Origin: a bacterium
Lineage (GTDB): Bacteria; Patescibacteriota; Saccharimonadia; Saccharimonadales; SZUA-47
Direction of reading: 5' to 3'
Assembly: GCA_030427445.1 (NCBI GenBank)
Contig: JAUIBQ010000001.1
Span: forward strand, 25,782-89,781
DNA length: 64,000 bases
In this document: piece after piece, positions 16,482 to 24,575 of the stretch
Position numbering within the stretch: the stretch's first letter is position 1
How the letters are laid out: each line of letters starts with the position of its first letter
Translations under genes and position numbers: made by a program
Notes under the pieces: model-generated
Seen by the model: the letters and a program-made list of their open reading frames with translations, nothing else
Database searches by the model: none
Told to the model about the DNA's origin: nothing

Positions 16482-18838
16482 ACGGGAGATTTTTTGTAAT
16501 TGAAGGAACTGACGGGTCGGGCAAAGCAACTCAGAGCAAATTGTTAATCGAAAGACTAGTCAAAGAAGGCTATGATGTCGTCACGCTTGATTTTCCACAA
16601 TACGACAGTGACTCTAGTTATTTTGTTCGTGAGTACTTAGCAGGCAACTACGGTACTCTTGATGAAGTGAGTCCTTACTCAGCAACCGCGTTTTATGCAC
16701 TTGACCGCTATTCAGTAAAACTTGAAGTGCAAAAAGCACTTGATGAAGGAAAAGTGGTTATCAGCAATCGGTATGTTGGTAGTAATATGGCCCACCAAGG
16801 ATCGAAGTTTACTAAGAAAGAAGACCGACGCGGATTTTTCTTATGGAATGACAGCTTTGAGTTCGAGCTTCTCGGCTTACCACGACCGACTGCAAGTATC
16901 GTGCTCGTCGTAGATGAAGAGACGACTCTGAACCTTATCGAAGAACGCTCTAAAAACGACAACCGTAAAAAAGACATTCACGAAGCAGATCCGAATCACA
17001 TTAAGAAATCGATTGAGACATATTTAGACCTTACGTCACTCTTCAAGAAGGACTTTATCCGCATCGACTGTTCTCGCAACAAGAAACTTATGACTCGTGA
17101 GCAAGTCCACAATTTAGTATGGTTTGTAGTTGAGAAAATGCTTCATGATGCACCTAATCCATATGGAGAAGGAAGCGTTTCTGAGATTACTTCAAGTCAA
17201 AATGGCGTGGAATCCAAAGAAGTTAAAAGCTCAAATGGCGTGAAATCAGGAGAAAAACTAGTTGAAAAACTCGACTCCGGAGTGACTGTCATGACTGAAG
17301 CTGGGAAAGAATATTTACGAGCGTACATCACTTCAACTGAAAGCAATGTATACGCGTTTAACGATCAAATTAGTCCAGTAACTATCGCAGCAGCCATGGC
17401 ACGACTCAGCCGTCGCGGTGACGACATGCGTGTCACAATCTTGGATGAATTTGCAAGCGAAGATGCACGTAAGGATGAGAAGCTGTTGCAGCGCGTCATT
17501 ACAGCATATGGAGATGACTCCGTACAGCAGCTCGTCGGTCAACACGTAGTTGTAGAAGGTGCGAGCAACTTACTTACGAAAAAACTAGAGTGGGGAAGAC
17601 TTGCCAGCTACTTAGAGCAGTCAACACGCTACATTTACTTTGATCAGAAAGATGAAGATGGCAACTATAAATACGTCATACCAAGTGGCATGAGTCCTAA
17701 AACAAAGCTTAAATACATCCAAACGATAGATAAGATTTTTGATCTGTACTCTACGATGGTGCGTAAGCTGACTGATTACTGTCGAGAGCAATCTACTGTC
17801 CCGCAAGAGGAGCGTGATGTTGCGTGGAAGGGTGCAACTCGCGCACAAGCATGCGATGCAGTGCGCCCTGTACTACCAGTCGCCACGAAATCTACAGTGG
17901 GTATATTCGCGAGTGGTCAAGCTTTAGAAAACATGATTATGAACCTCCTCGCTGATGAACTGCCTGAGTCACGAGAGACTGGTCAGAAGATTCTAGACCA
18001 GAGCAGAAGCGTACTAAAGACATTCTTAGAACGTGCAGATAAGCCAGAACGAGGTGGCGCAACGGTTGCCTACAGAAGTGAGACCAAAGCTGGGGTGAAA
18101 AAGCTCGCTGATGAGATGCTGCCTACGACGCATTCACATGAAGAAACTGGCGCGACACTAACAAGCTACTGGCCGAAGAATGAGCTGGATCTTGTGCCGA
18201 ATATTCTCTACGAGCACTCTGACATGAGCTTGCAGAACATCACCAAGGCAGTTGAAGAGTGGAGCTACTCTGAGAAAGAAAAAGTCTTTACAGCCTATGT
18301 TGGGGAACGGCTTAATCGTCGCCACAAGCCAGGGCGAGCATTCGAAGTGGCTCACTACAGCTGGGACATTATCTGCGACTACGGGATTTTCAGAGACCTA
18401 CAGCGACATCGTTTAGTTGACGACCTTAACTGGCAGAAACTTACGCCTCGATACGGTTACGACACACCTCAGCTTATCCAAGATGCTGACCTCACAGATA
18501 TGTTTGATGAATGCTTCGAGCTAAGCCTCAGGCTGCATGGTGAATTAATGGCCGAAGGGCTCGAAGACACTGCTCAGTATGCGACACTCTTAGGCCACAA
18601 GATGCGATGGAAGATTACGTACAACGCACGCCAAGCATTTCACTTCCACGAGCTACGCACAACTCCACATGGCCATCCTGGGTACCGTAAACTTGTCAAA
18701 GAAATGCACGAAAAAGTCGCAGAAAAGCATCCACTCATTGGAGCTGCGATGAAATTCGTTAACCAAGATGAAGATCCTGAGCTAACACGCCTCGCCGCAG
18801 AGAGATATACACAGTTTAAGTTGAATAAACTAAGCTAA
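16478..18838 (+). CDS. tmk-thyX: fusion protein: dTMP kinase (N-terminal) + extended FAD-dependent thymidylate synthase ThyX (C-terminal)
   Basis: N-terminus FVIEGTDGSGKATQ (Tmk P-loop). The C-terminal ~500 aa carry ThyX-type blocks (ASYLEQSTRY, FRDLQRHRLVD, FHFHELRT). Confidence 0.85.
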   Translation: MNGRFFVIEGTDGSGKATQSKLLIERLVKEGYDVVTLDFPQYDSDSSYFVREYLAGNYGTLDEVSPYSATAFYALDRYSVKLEVQKALDEGKVVISNRYVGSNMAHQGSKFTKKEDRRGFFLWNDSFEFELLGLPRPTASIVLVVDEETTLNLIEERSKNDNRKKDIHEADPNHIKKSIETYLDLTSLFKKDFIRIDCSRNKKLMTREQVHNLVWFVVEKMLHDAPNPYGEGSVSEITSSQNGVESKEVKSSNGVKSGEKLVEKLDSGVTVMTEAGKEYLRAYITSTESNVYAFNDQISPVTIAAAMARLSRRGDDMRVTILDEFASEDARKDEKLLQRVITAYGDDSVQQLVGQHVVVEGASNLLTKKLEWGRLASYLEQSTRYIYFDQKDEDGNYKYVIPSGMSPKTKLKYIQTIDKIFDLYSTMVRKLTDYCREQSTVPQEERDVAWKGATRAQACDAVRPVLPVATKSTVGIFASGQALENMIMNLLADELPESRETGQKILDQSRSVLKTFLERADKPERGGATVAYRSETKAGVKKLADEMLPTTHSHEETGATLTSYWPKNELDLVPNILYEHSDMSLQNITKAVEEWSYSEKEKVFTAYVGERLNRRHKPGRAFEVAHYSWDIICDYGIFRDLQRHRLVDDLNWQKLTPRYGYDTPQLIQDADLTDMFDECFELSLRLHGELMAEGLEDTAQYATLLGHKMRWKITYNARQAFHFHELRTTPHGHPGYRKLVKEMHEKVAEKHPLIGAAMKFVNQDEDPELTRLAAERYTQFKLNKLS
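17197..17250 (-). repeat. Rep-A copy embedded in frame in the tmk-thyX linker
   Basis: AAAATGGCGTGGAATCCAAAGAAGTTAAAAGCTCAAATGGCGTGAAAT differs from the intergenic copy at 42783 at about 6 positions by eye. It encodes SSQNGVESKEVKSSNGVKSG. Confidence 0.8.
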
Positions 18839-18839
18839 C

Positions 18840-19565
18840 CTACAGTGACAGTAGCTGAACGTCACCTACGTATTTTTGAGCTTCATTTGCCGATAAGACA
18901 GCGAATGTGGTGAGTGATCGTAAATTCGTTGGAGCATACTGACCATAATGCGTTGGATAAAAATTAGAATACTCGTTAAACGCACCATTTTCTACATCTA
19001 CGTCCATGCATTGAGCAACCAGTAAACCACCTGCACCATGAGCGATAACTTCTGGAGCAGAGAATCTGTATTCGGAATTAATTTTACTCTTGTCTAAGAT
19101 TTCGATGTCACGGGTACGATTCAGCACATTTAGTCCATAAAGATATCCTTTGTACATTGGATTGTTGGCTAGCAACAGTTCGTCATCTTCTCCGAAGAAG
19201 AATGGATAAGGCATCTCTTTAGTTCGTGTGTCATCATTGTCTGTATCATCAGTAATATCATGTGTTATAAAGGTTCTAGGCTGCTCATCACCAGTTAGTT
19301 GAGCTACTGTATGAACGATTAAATCAAAGCCTTTCAAAGAAGGGTGAGTTGCTTGTTTTACTTGCTCAGGAGTCTTACCGTTCATATAAGTTAACGGTAC
19401 TTCTCCAGTAATTTTTTGACGTTCATAAAATTCAGGATCAAAACTTTCTAAAGTAGTGATCACTTTTTTTCTACTTGCATCGTCAGGTAACACACCAAAT
19501 AACTGAATTTGCTGTTCATATGTAGAAGGGTCGTTCTCACGAATAAGTCTAATGCTTTTACTCAT
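18840..19565 (-). CDS. hypothetical protein (241 aa from M17)
   Basis: Long ORF. I prefer the MSKSIRLIREND start at 19565 over the Cys/Leu-rich upstream extension. Confidence 0.6.
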   Translation of the reverse strand: MSKSIRLIRENDPSTYEQQIQLFGVLPDDASRKKVITTLESFDPEFYERQKITGEVPLTYMNGKTPEQVKQATHPSLKGFDLIVHTVAQLTGDEQPRTFITHDITDDTDNDDTRTKEMPYPFFFGEDDELLLANNPMYKGYLYGLNVLNRTRDIEILDKSKINSEYRFSAPEVIAHGAGGLLVAQCMDVDVENGAFNEYSNFYPTHYGQYAPTNLRSLTTFAVLSANEAQKYVGDVQLLSL

Positions 19566-19622
19566 ACAGCATAACATTATAGCATATTTACTACATTTAA
19601 GCAATAGCAACATACTTTATAC

Positions 19623-19651
19623 TTGACATGTATTAAAACTACGAGTAATCT
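19623..19651 (+). promoter_or_regulatory. consensus-like promoter
   Basis: TTGACA, 17-nt spacer, TAATCT, in a divergent intergenic region. Confidence 0.55.
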
Positions 19652-19803
19652 AAAAACCATTGTGAAAACTTTAATCAACTCAGTTAAGAACCTCGTGATT
19701 CTCGTGAAGAGGCTAGGTTTGTATTGGGTTGAAGTATAAATAAAAGACAAACACTAGCCGACAACCACAAATCTTCAGCCCAATAGCTGAAGATTTTTAT
19801 TTT
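19652..19803 (+). promoter_or_regulatory. structured 5' leader with terminator/antiterminator alternative (riboswitch- or attenuator-like, class unknown)
   Basis: Terminator AATCTTCAGC-CCAATA-GCTGAAGATT followed by TTTTATTTT at 19770-19803. ATTGGGTTGAAG (19723-19734) can pair with CTTCAGCCCAAT (19773-19784). A further helix is GGCTAGGTTTGT (19711-19722) with ACAAACACTAGCC (19747-19759). Confidence 0.5.
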
Positions 19804-19816
19804 AAGGAGACGAAAA

Positions 19817-20035
19817 ATGAGTATGCAAGTTAGAGAAGGACAAAAAATCAACTGGGATAGAGTTGACGTGAGAGAAATGGATACATACCCGCAAGACACA
19901 GCCGGTGTAATAGCAAATAGTGCCGTAGGCAGTGTTTGTCGTGTCGTTGCACCATGTTCAGCAATGCCAAACCTTTCTAATCCTCGAAGAGATGATTTAT
20001 CCGCAGAAAGTATGTGGGCAACCAGAAATGATTAA
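19817..20035 (+). CDS. hypothetical small protein (72 aa)
   Basis: AAGGAG SD 8 nt upstream of the ATG. Its stop overlaps the next ORF's start. Confidence 0.5.
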   Translation: MSMQVREGQKINWDRVDVREMDTYPQDTAGVIANSAVGSVCRVVAPCSAMPNLSNPRRDDLSAESMWATRND

Positions 20036-20285
20036 TTTAGAAGTCCACACAGATTTAGATGGAGCAAGGGGCGGTTCAATGTACTTAGAACCTGGCCAAG
20101 ACCCTTATATATTCGTCGTCACAGTAGATAGAGATGATTTTATGCGCAGAGACGAGATCAATGTACTGACTGTTGCTGATGATCTTCCACATATTCCATT
20201 TAACTTCAATAACTATGATGAAGAGGTCACACCACCGATAAAAGTAGTGGAAGGATGTGGTAACACAGCTTGCTTGGGGTATTGA
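20028..20285 (+). CDS. hypothetical small acidic protein (85 aa)
   Basis: The ATG at 20028 overlaps the 3' end of the previous ORF. I prefer the MINLEVHTDLDG start over the longer 19932 start. Confidence 0.5.
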   Translation: MINLEVHTDLDGARGGSMYLEPGQDPYIFVVTVDRDDFMRRDEINVLTVADDLPHIPFNFNNYDEEVTPPIKVVEGCGNTACLGY

Positions 20286-20292
20286 AAACTGC

Positions 20293-20491
20293 TATAATAC
20301 CCCTTAAGTTACCGAAGACAGTGGCTGAGGAAACTCTTAATCGCGCCACCGAGGACAAAATCACACTTTTGTTTTTGAGCATTAAAGCGCGTCTTCGATT
20401 AAAAGAAGACGTTTTTTATTTCTCGGTAACAAAGTTGACTTAACAAAGGTCGATACAGTCAGCAAACAAAGCTAAAGAAAGGAATACAACC
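20293..20491 (+). promoter_or_regulatory. rplJ leader (probable L10-leader autoregulatory RNA) with extended -10 and attenuator hairpin
   Basis: TGCTATAAT (TGn-TATAAT). Structured segment CCGAAGACAGTGGC...GCCACCGAGGAC. Terminator CGTCTTC-GATTAAAA-GAAGACG plus T6 at 20390-20417, upstream of rplJ. Confidence 0.5.
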
Positions 20492-21013
20492 TTGGCTTTA
20501 ACAAAAGATAAGAAACAAGAGATTGTTGTAGAACTAGCAGATCTTTTGAAGTCTTCAAAAATGACAGTTGTTAGCAAGTACGAAGGTACTACTGTGAAAG
20601 CGATGCAAGAATTGCGACGCAAAGCAGAAGAAAACGGCACCGTCATTAAAGTCGTGAAAAACCGACTTGTGAAGAAGGCGTTTGAGTCTACAGACTCACA
20701 TAAAGACGCCGACACATCAGAGCTTGCAGGCATGCTTATGTATGTTTTCAATGCTGATGATGAAGTCGCACCTGCTAAAGTTGTCCACGAAATGGCAAAA
20801 ACTGAGAAGCAGCTTGAGTTTATCGGAGCTTTCGATGAAACTGGCCGTATGCTTTCTGCTGATGAAGTAAAAGCACTCGCTCAGCTTCCAACACGTGAAG
20901 AACTTATCGCAACAGTCATCAACACACTTAAGTCTCCGGTCAACAATGTTGTCACAGGACTTGGTGGTAACCTACACGGTCTACTCGACGCAGTAGCCGC
21001 TAAAGCAAGTTAA
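20492..21013 (+). CDS. rplJ: 50S ribosomal protein L10
   Basis: TTG start. KQEIVVELADLLKSSKMTVVSKYEGTTVKAMQELRRK is the L10 signature. Directly upstream of rplL. Confidence 0.92.
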   Translation: MALTKDKKQEIVVELADLLKSSKMTVVSKYEGTTVKAMQELRRKAEENGTVIKVVKNRLVKKAFESTDSHKDADTSELAGMLMYVFNADDEVAPAKVVHEMAKTEKQLEFIGAFDETGRMLSADEVKALAQLPTREELIATVINTLKSPVNNVVTGLGGNLHGLLDAVAAKAS

Positions 21014-21031
21014 TTAAAGGAGAATCCCAAC

Positions 21032-21412
21032 ATGGCGGATGTAAAGAAACTAGCTGAAGAGCTAACAAAACTATCAGTTCTTGAAGTAAAAGAACTACAA
21101 GATATCTTAAAAGATGAGTACGGCATCGAGCCTGCAGCAGCAGCTGTTGCAGTAGCTGGTCCTGCGGCTGGTGGCGACGCTGGTGCAGCAGAAGACGAGA
21201 AGAGCGAATTTGACGTAATGCTCAAAGACGCTGGTGCTCAAAAAGTAGCAGTTATCAAAGCTGTTAAAGAAATCACTGGTCTTGGACTCGGTGAAGCAAA
21301 AGCAATCGTTGACGGCGCACCAAAAGCTGTTAAAGAAAAAGTAGCTAAAGACGAAGCTGAAGAAGCTAAGAAGAAGCTTGAAGAAGCTGGCGCTACAGTA
21401 GAACTAGTGTAG
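21032..21412 (+). CDS. rplL: 50S ribosomal protein L7/L12
   Basis: N-terminal dimerisation helix, Ala/Pro/Gly hinge, and C-terminal domain [28 protein letters not shown]. Confidence 0.95.
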   Translation: MADVKKLAEELTKLSVLEVKELQDILKDEYGIEPAAAAVAVAGPAAGGDAGAAEDEKSEFDVMLKDAGAQKVAVIKAVKEITGLGLGEAKAIVDGAPKAVKEKVAKDEAEEAKKKLEEAGATVELV

Positions 21413-21430
21413 TACTACTCTACTAACGAA

Positions 21431-21462
21431 AATGGATAAGATTGACTTCTTATCCATTTTTT
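21431..21462 (+). terminator. intrinsic terminator after rplL
   Basis: AATGGATAAG-ATTGACTT-CTTATCCATT followed by a T-run. Confidence 0.8.
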
Positions 21463-21478
21463 ATTTTAATTAGTTTTA

Positions 21479-22813
21479 ATGAGAGCAAACATTGAAACCC
21501 TAGACAACGGCATAGATGCAGTTTTTATGCATCGACCACATTGGCAAACTTCATCTGTTTATTTAAGAGTGAATGCAGGTGGACTGCATGAAGACAGGAG
21601 TGGGCCTCAAGGAGTTGCACATTATTTTGAACATGTAACATTTCAAGGTAGTAGAGATTTTTCTGATTATACTGCATTGAATGAATTCTGCGACAACCAT
21701 TTTATCGATTACTCAAGCGGTAAAAGAAATGCAGGTACCGGAATATTAGACACAACTTACTTCGTAAACACGTACGATCTAGAGCCAGCTATGTTAGTGG
21801 TAGCGAATCTAGCCTTAGGGCCAACATTAACAGATAAAGCTATTGATAACGATCGAGACGGAATTATAAGTGAAGCACGAGGGGTATTAACGCAGCCAAA
21901 TAGAGAATTAGCTGTACAGAAAATTAAAGCTGTCTATGGTGACGAACTCAACCGATTAATCGTTGGGACTCCTGAAGACGTAAGAATGATAGATGAGAAA
22001 ATTCTTCGAGCTTTTCACGAAAGACATTACAGAACTGATAATATGCTATTGGTTATTTGTAGCGGAGAAGACGAGGAGACACAACGAAAACTAGCATCAG
22101 AAATTACTTCAGGATTTGACTTAGCTAAAGTGGGAGAAGCTACTGAAATACACCTCGATTGGCTCACTCGAGAAAATGATGGCGTACATGTATTTCATGA
22201 TGAACGAGCTAATCCTGAATCAGAAACTGAGGTTGCAATACTTTACAGTGTAGAGCCACCTAAAAGCTTAAGGGATGTGTATATACGAAATATAGCTACT
22301 ATGGCTCTGAACGGAGCAACACATGCAGTTATAAGAGATCAGTTAGGCCTTTCTTATTCAGCGTCAGCTACGCCACTTTCGATAATTAATCGAAATTTTG
22401 GAGCTGGACAAAAATACGAGTCTTTAACAACTATGACTAAGGTTTTTGGACTTGAGAATATTAAAATTGCTACTCAAGCACTAATATCCAGCGTTGTAGA
22501 CACAGCAACTTCGGAAGACCGCATTGGCAGGATATTACAGTCTTCTGCATTACAGATAAGAGACGAAGAGCAAGCAGCCCCGAGTGTAATAGCTTCAAAT
22601 ATACTTAGTAGTCCATCAGTTGAAGCGGAAGGATACTATGATACGAGAAAATCCCAGCAAGTTATAGAATCAATTTCTGTAGACGAAATTCAATACTACA
22701 TAAGAGAGATCACTGATGCACCTTCTCAAATCCACGCCACTGGACCAGACGCTAACCAGCTAAAAGAATACAAAGAGTGGGCAAGTAACGAAGTAGACGG
22801 CATAAGTTATTAG
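21479..22813 (+). CDS. M16 (pitrilysin) family zinc peptidase
   Basis: Inverted zinc motif HYFEH (HxxEH) near the N-terminus. The ~440-aa two-lobe size fits. Confidence 0.8.
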   Translation: MRANIETLDNGIDAVFMHRPHWQTSSVYLRVNAGGLHEDRSGPQGVAHYFEHVTFQGSRDFSDYTALNEFCDNHFIDYSSGKRNAGTGILDTTYFVNTYDLEPAMLVVANLALGPTLTDKAIDNDRDGIISEARGVLTQPNRELAVQKIKAVYGDELNRLIVGTPEDVRMIDEKILRAFHERHYRTDNMLLVICSGEDEETQRKLASEITSGFDLAKVGEATEIHLDWLTRENDGVHVFHDERANPESETEVAILYSVEPPKSLRDVYIRNIATMALNGATHAVIRDQLGLSYSASATPLSIINRNFGAGQKYESLTTMTKVFGLENIKIATQALISSVVDTATSEDRIGRILQSSALQIRDEEQAAPSVIASNILSSPSVEAEGYYDTRKSQQVIESISVDEIQYYIREITDAPSQIHATGPDANQLKEYKEWASNEVDGISY

Positions 22814-22939
22814 TATTTTATAAACTTATCCACAGTTTTTAGCATATTTTTGACAATATAGATTTAGCGTGATACTGTGGCTATGTATATAAAGTGTTTT
22901 TACAAATAGAAAAAACAGAAAGAACGACAGAGGCGAGAC

Positions 22940-23452
22940 ATGTCGGATATACCAGAGAAACAAATTAAAAGATTACGAAGCCTTATTGAAGAGGCTGAGA
23001 CGTCATTGGCAGCTGCAAAAGAGCTGTTGATTAGTTTAGTTGGTGACGATCCAGTAATAACAAAAAGTGTAAGCGACGATAACATCGGAAAAGTTATCGA
23101 AGGTGTTTTTGATGGCCAAAATATGGCTGGTGGAGACGGGAAAATGTACCCAGTACCTGCGAACTACGCAAGTAAATCTAAGCTTGTGCAGGGCGATATC
23201 TTAAAACTTACTATTGCAGACGATGGTAAATTCCTTTACAAGCAGATTGGCCCAATAGCTAGAAAACAAGTAGTTGGGACTTTGACGCAAAAAGAAGGAC
23301 ACTACGTCGTAACGGTGGGAGAAAAGGAATACAGAGTATTACTTGCGAGCGTTACGTACTTCAAAGCAAAACCAGGCGACCAAGTAAGTGTAAATGTGCC
23401 AGAAGACGATTCTATGGATGTCGAATGGGCAGCACTCGAAGCAGCTCTGTAA
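22940..23452 (+). CDS. hypothetical protein (170 aa)
   Basis: ORF with an N-terminal helix and a beta-rich C-terminal part. No motif. Confidence 0.6.
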   Translation: MSDIPEKQIKRLRSLIEEAETSLAAAKELLISLVGDDPVITKSVSDDNIGKVIEGVFDGQNMAGGDGKMYPVPANYASKSKLVQGDILKLTIADDGKFLYKQIGPIARKQVVGTLTQKEGHYVVTVGEKEYRVLLASVTYFKAKPGDQVSVNVPEDDSMDVEWAALEAAL

Positions 23453-23461
23453 GAAGTAGGC

Positions 23462-23881
23462 ATGTCACGTATACAAACGTATGATGCTACAAAGCATCTA
23501 AGAGATAGCCGTGCGGCAGTGCCTGATGATTTTCCATTTGAACGATTTGAAGGAGTATCTCCAGCAGTACTCAAAGGCTACCAGGAGTTATGGGTGCCTA
23601 TCCATATGCGAATGTGGTTAATGGATAGACTCCCAGAAGCTTCACAGAGAAGAATATTTGAAAATAAAACTAAAGCAATCCTCCATCGAGTTGGCGATCA
23701 AGTTGATAACCAAAGAGCGTTGGCGGAATCAGCTCTTTCAGCTGGTGATTTAGAATTAGCCGAAAATCATGAATTTCTTATTCATAGATATACAAGAGAA
23801 CACCTTGATTTATCAAACATTCATAAGTACTCAGTAACTGCTGAGCTAGGCAAGCTTGCAGTAAACCCTTTCGGGGCTTAG
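23462..23881 (+). CDS. hypothetical protein (139 aa)
   Basis: ORF 9 nt after the previous stop. No motif. Confidence 0.55.
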   Translation: MSRIQTYDATKHLRDSRAAVPDDFPFERFEGVSPAVLKGYQELWVPIHMRMWLMDRLPEASQRRIFENKTKAILHRVGDQVDNQRALAESALSAGDLELAENHEFLIHRYTREHLDLSNIHKYSVTAELGKLAVNPFGA

Positions 23882-23921
23882 ATAGCTCCATTAGCACACC
23901 TTTTACTATATAATTGAAGTA

Positions 23922-24518
23922 ATGGCTAAGTTGTATTTTAGATATGGGGCGATGAACTGCGGGAAAACTACAGCATTACTTCAAGTAGCTCATAACTACG
24001 AGGAACGTGGACTTAACGTGTTAATTATCAAGCCTAAAGTAGACACAAAAGGTGGCGACACCATAGTCTCACGCATCGGTGCCAGCAGAAAAGTGGATTT
24101 CCTCGCAGATGATGACATGCAACTTTATGACACGATTCATCAGTGGGATAAAGATGTTGAGGCCATCGACTGCGTGCTCGTAGATGAGTCGCAGTTTTTA
24201 TTGAAACTTCATGTTGAGCAGCTTTTTAACACAACAGTGTACGATGACATACCTGTAATCTGCTATGGACTCAGGACTGACTTTAAAACTCAGCTTTTCC
24301 CAGGTGCTGAGAGACTTTTAGCGCTTGCACACTCTATTGAAGAGATGAAAACGATCTGTCGATGCGGTAAAAAGGCGTTATTTAACGCTCGCTTTGCAGA
24401 TGGGCGATTCTCAATCGAGGGATCACAAGTTGAGATTGACAACCAGGCTGAAATCGAGTACATCAGCCTTTGCGCAGATTGTTACTTCAGAGAACTTGAA
24501 CATACAATCAAACACTAA
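23922..24518 (+). CDS. tdk: thymidine kinase
   Basis: YGAMNCGKTTALL P-loop, VDESQF, and a C-terminal zinc ribbon (CRCGKKA...CADCY). Confidence 0.9.
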   Translation: MAKLYFRYGAMNCGKTTALLQVAHNYEERGLNVLIIKPKVDTKGGDTIVSRIGASRKVDFLADDDMQLYDTIHQWDKDVEAIDCVLVDESQFLLKLHVEQLFNTTVYDDIPVICYGLRTDFKTQLFPGAERLLALAHSIEEMKTICRCGKKALFNARFADGRFSIEGSQVEIDNQAEIEYISLCADCYFRELEHTIKH

Positions 24519-24575
24519 ACGTTGTAATTTCAAAATTGCGAAAACACTCTCTTCTACTGCATAATTTATAGCTAG

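Noticed and set aside
19652-19803. Assignment of the leader to a known riboswitch class
   Set aside because: I found no match by eye to the conserved cores of TPP, SAM, preQ1, fluoride, guanidine, ZTP, glycine or T-box elements. It is left as an unknown class pending an Rfam scan.
2666-21225. Antisense ORFs inside strong genes (e.g. 2666..2983, 9941..10444, 10604..10885, 12927..13532, 13689..14021, 20440..20751, 21010..21225)
   Set aside because: Each overlaps a gene with clear family signatures on the other strand (CDF, secE, nusG, rplA, rplJ, rplL). Their sequences are low-complexity mirror images.
22826-22834. Perfect DnaA box TTATCCACA in the gap before 22940..23452
   Set aside because: It is a single 9-mer with no cluster of boxes, no adjacent AT-rich unwinding element and no dnaA/dnaN nearby. 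One occurrence in 64 kb on two strands is close to chance expectation.
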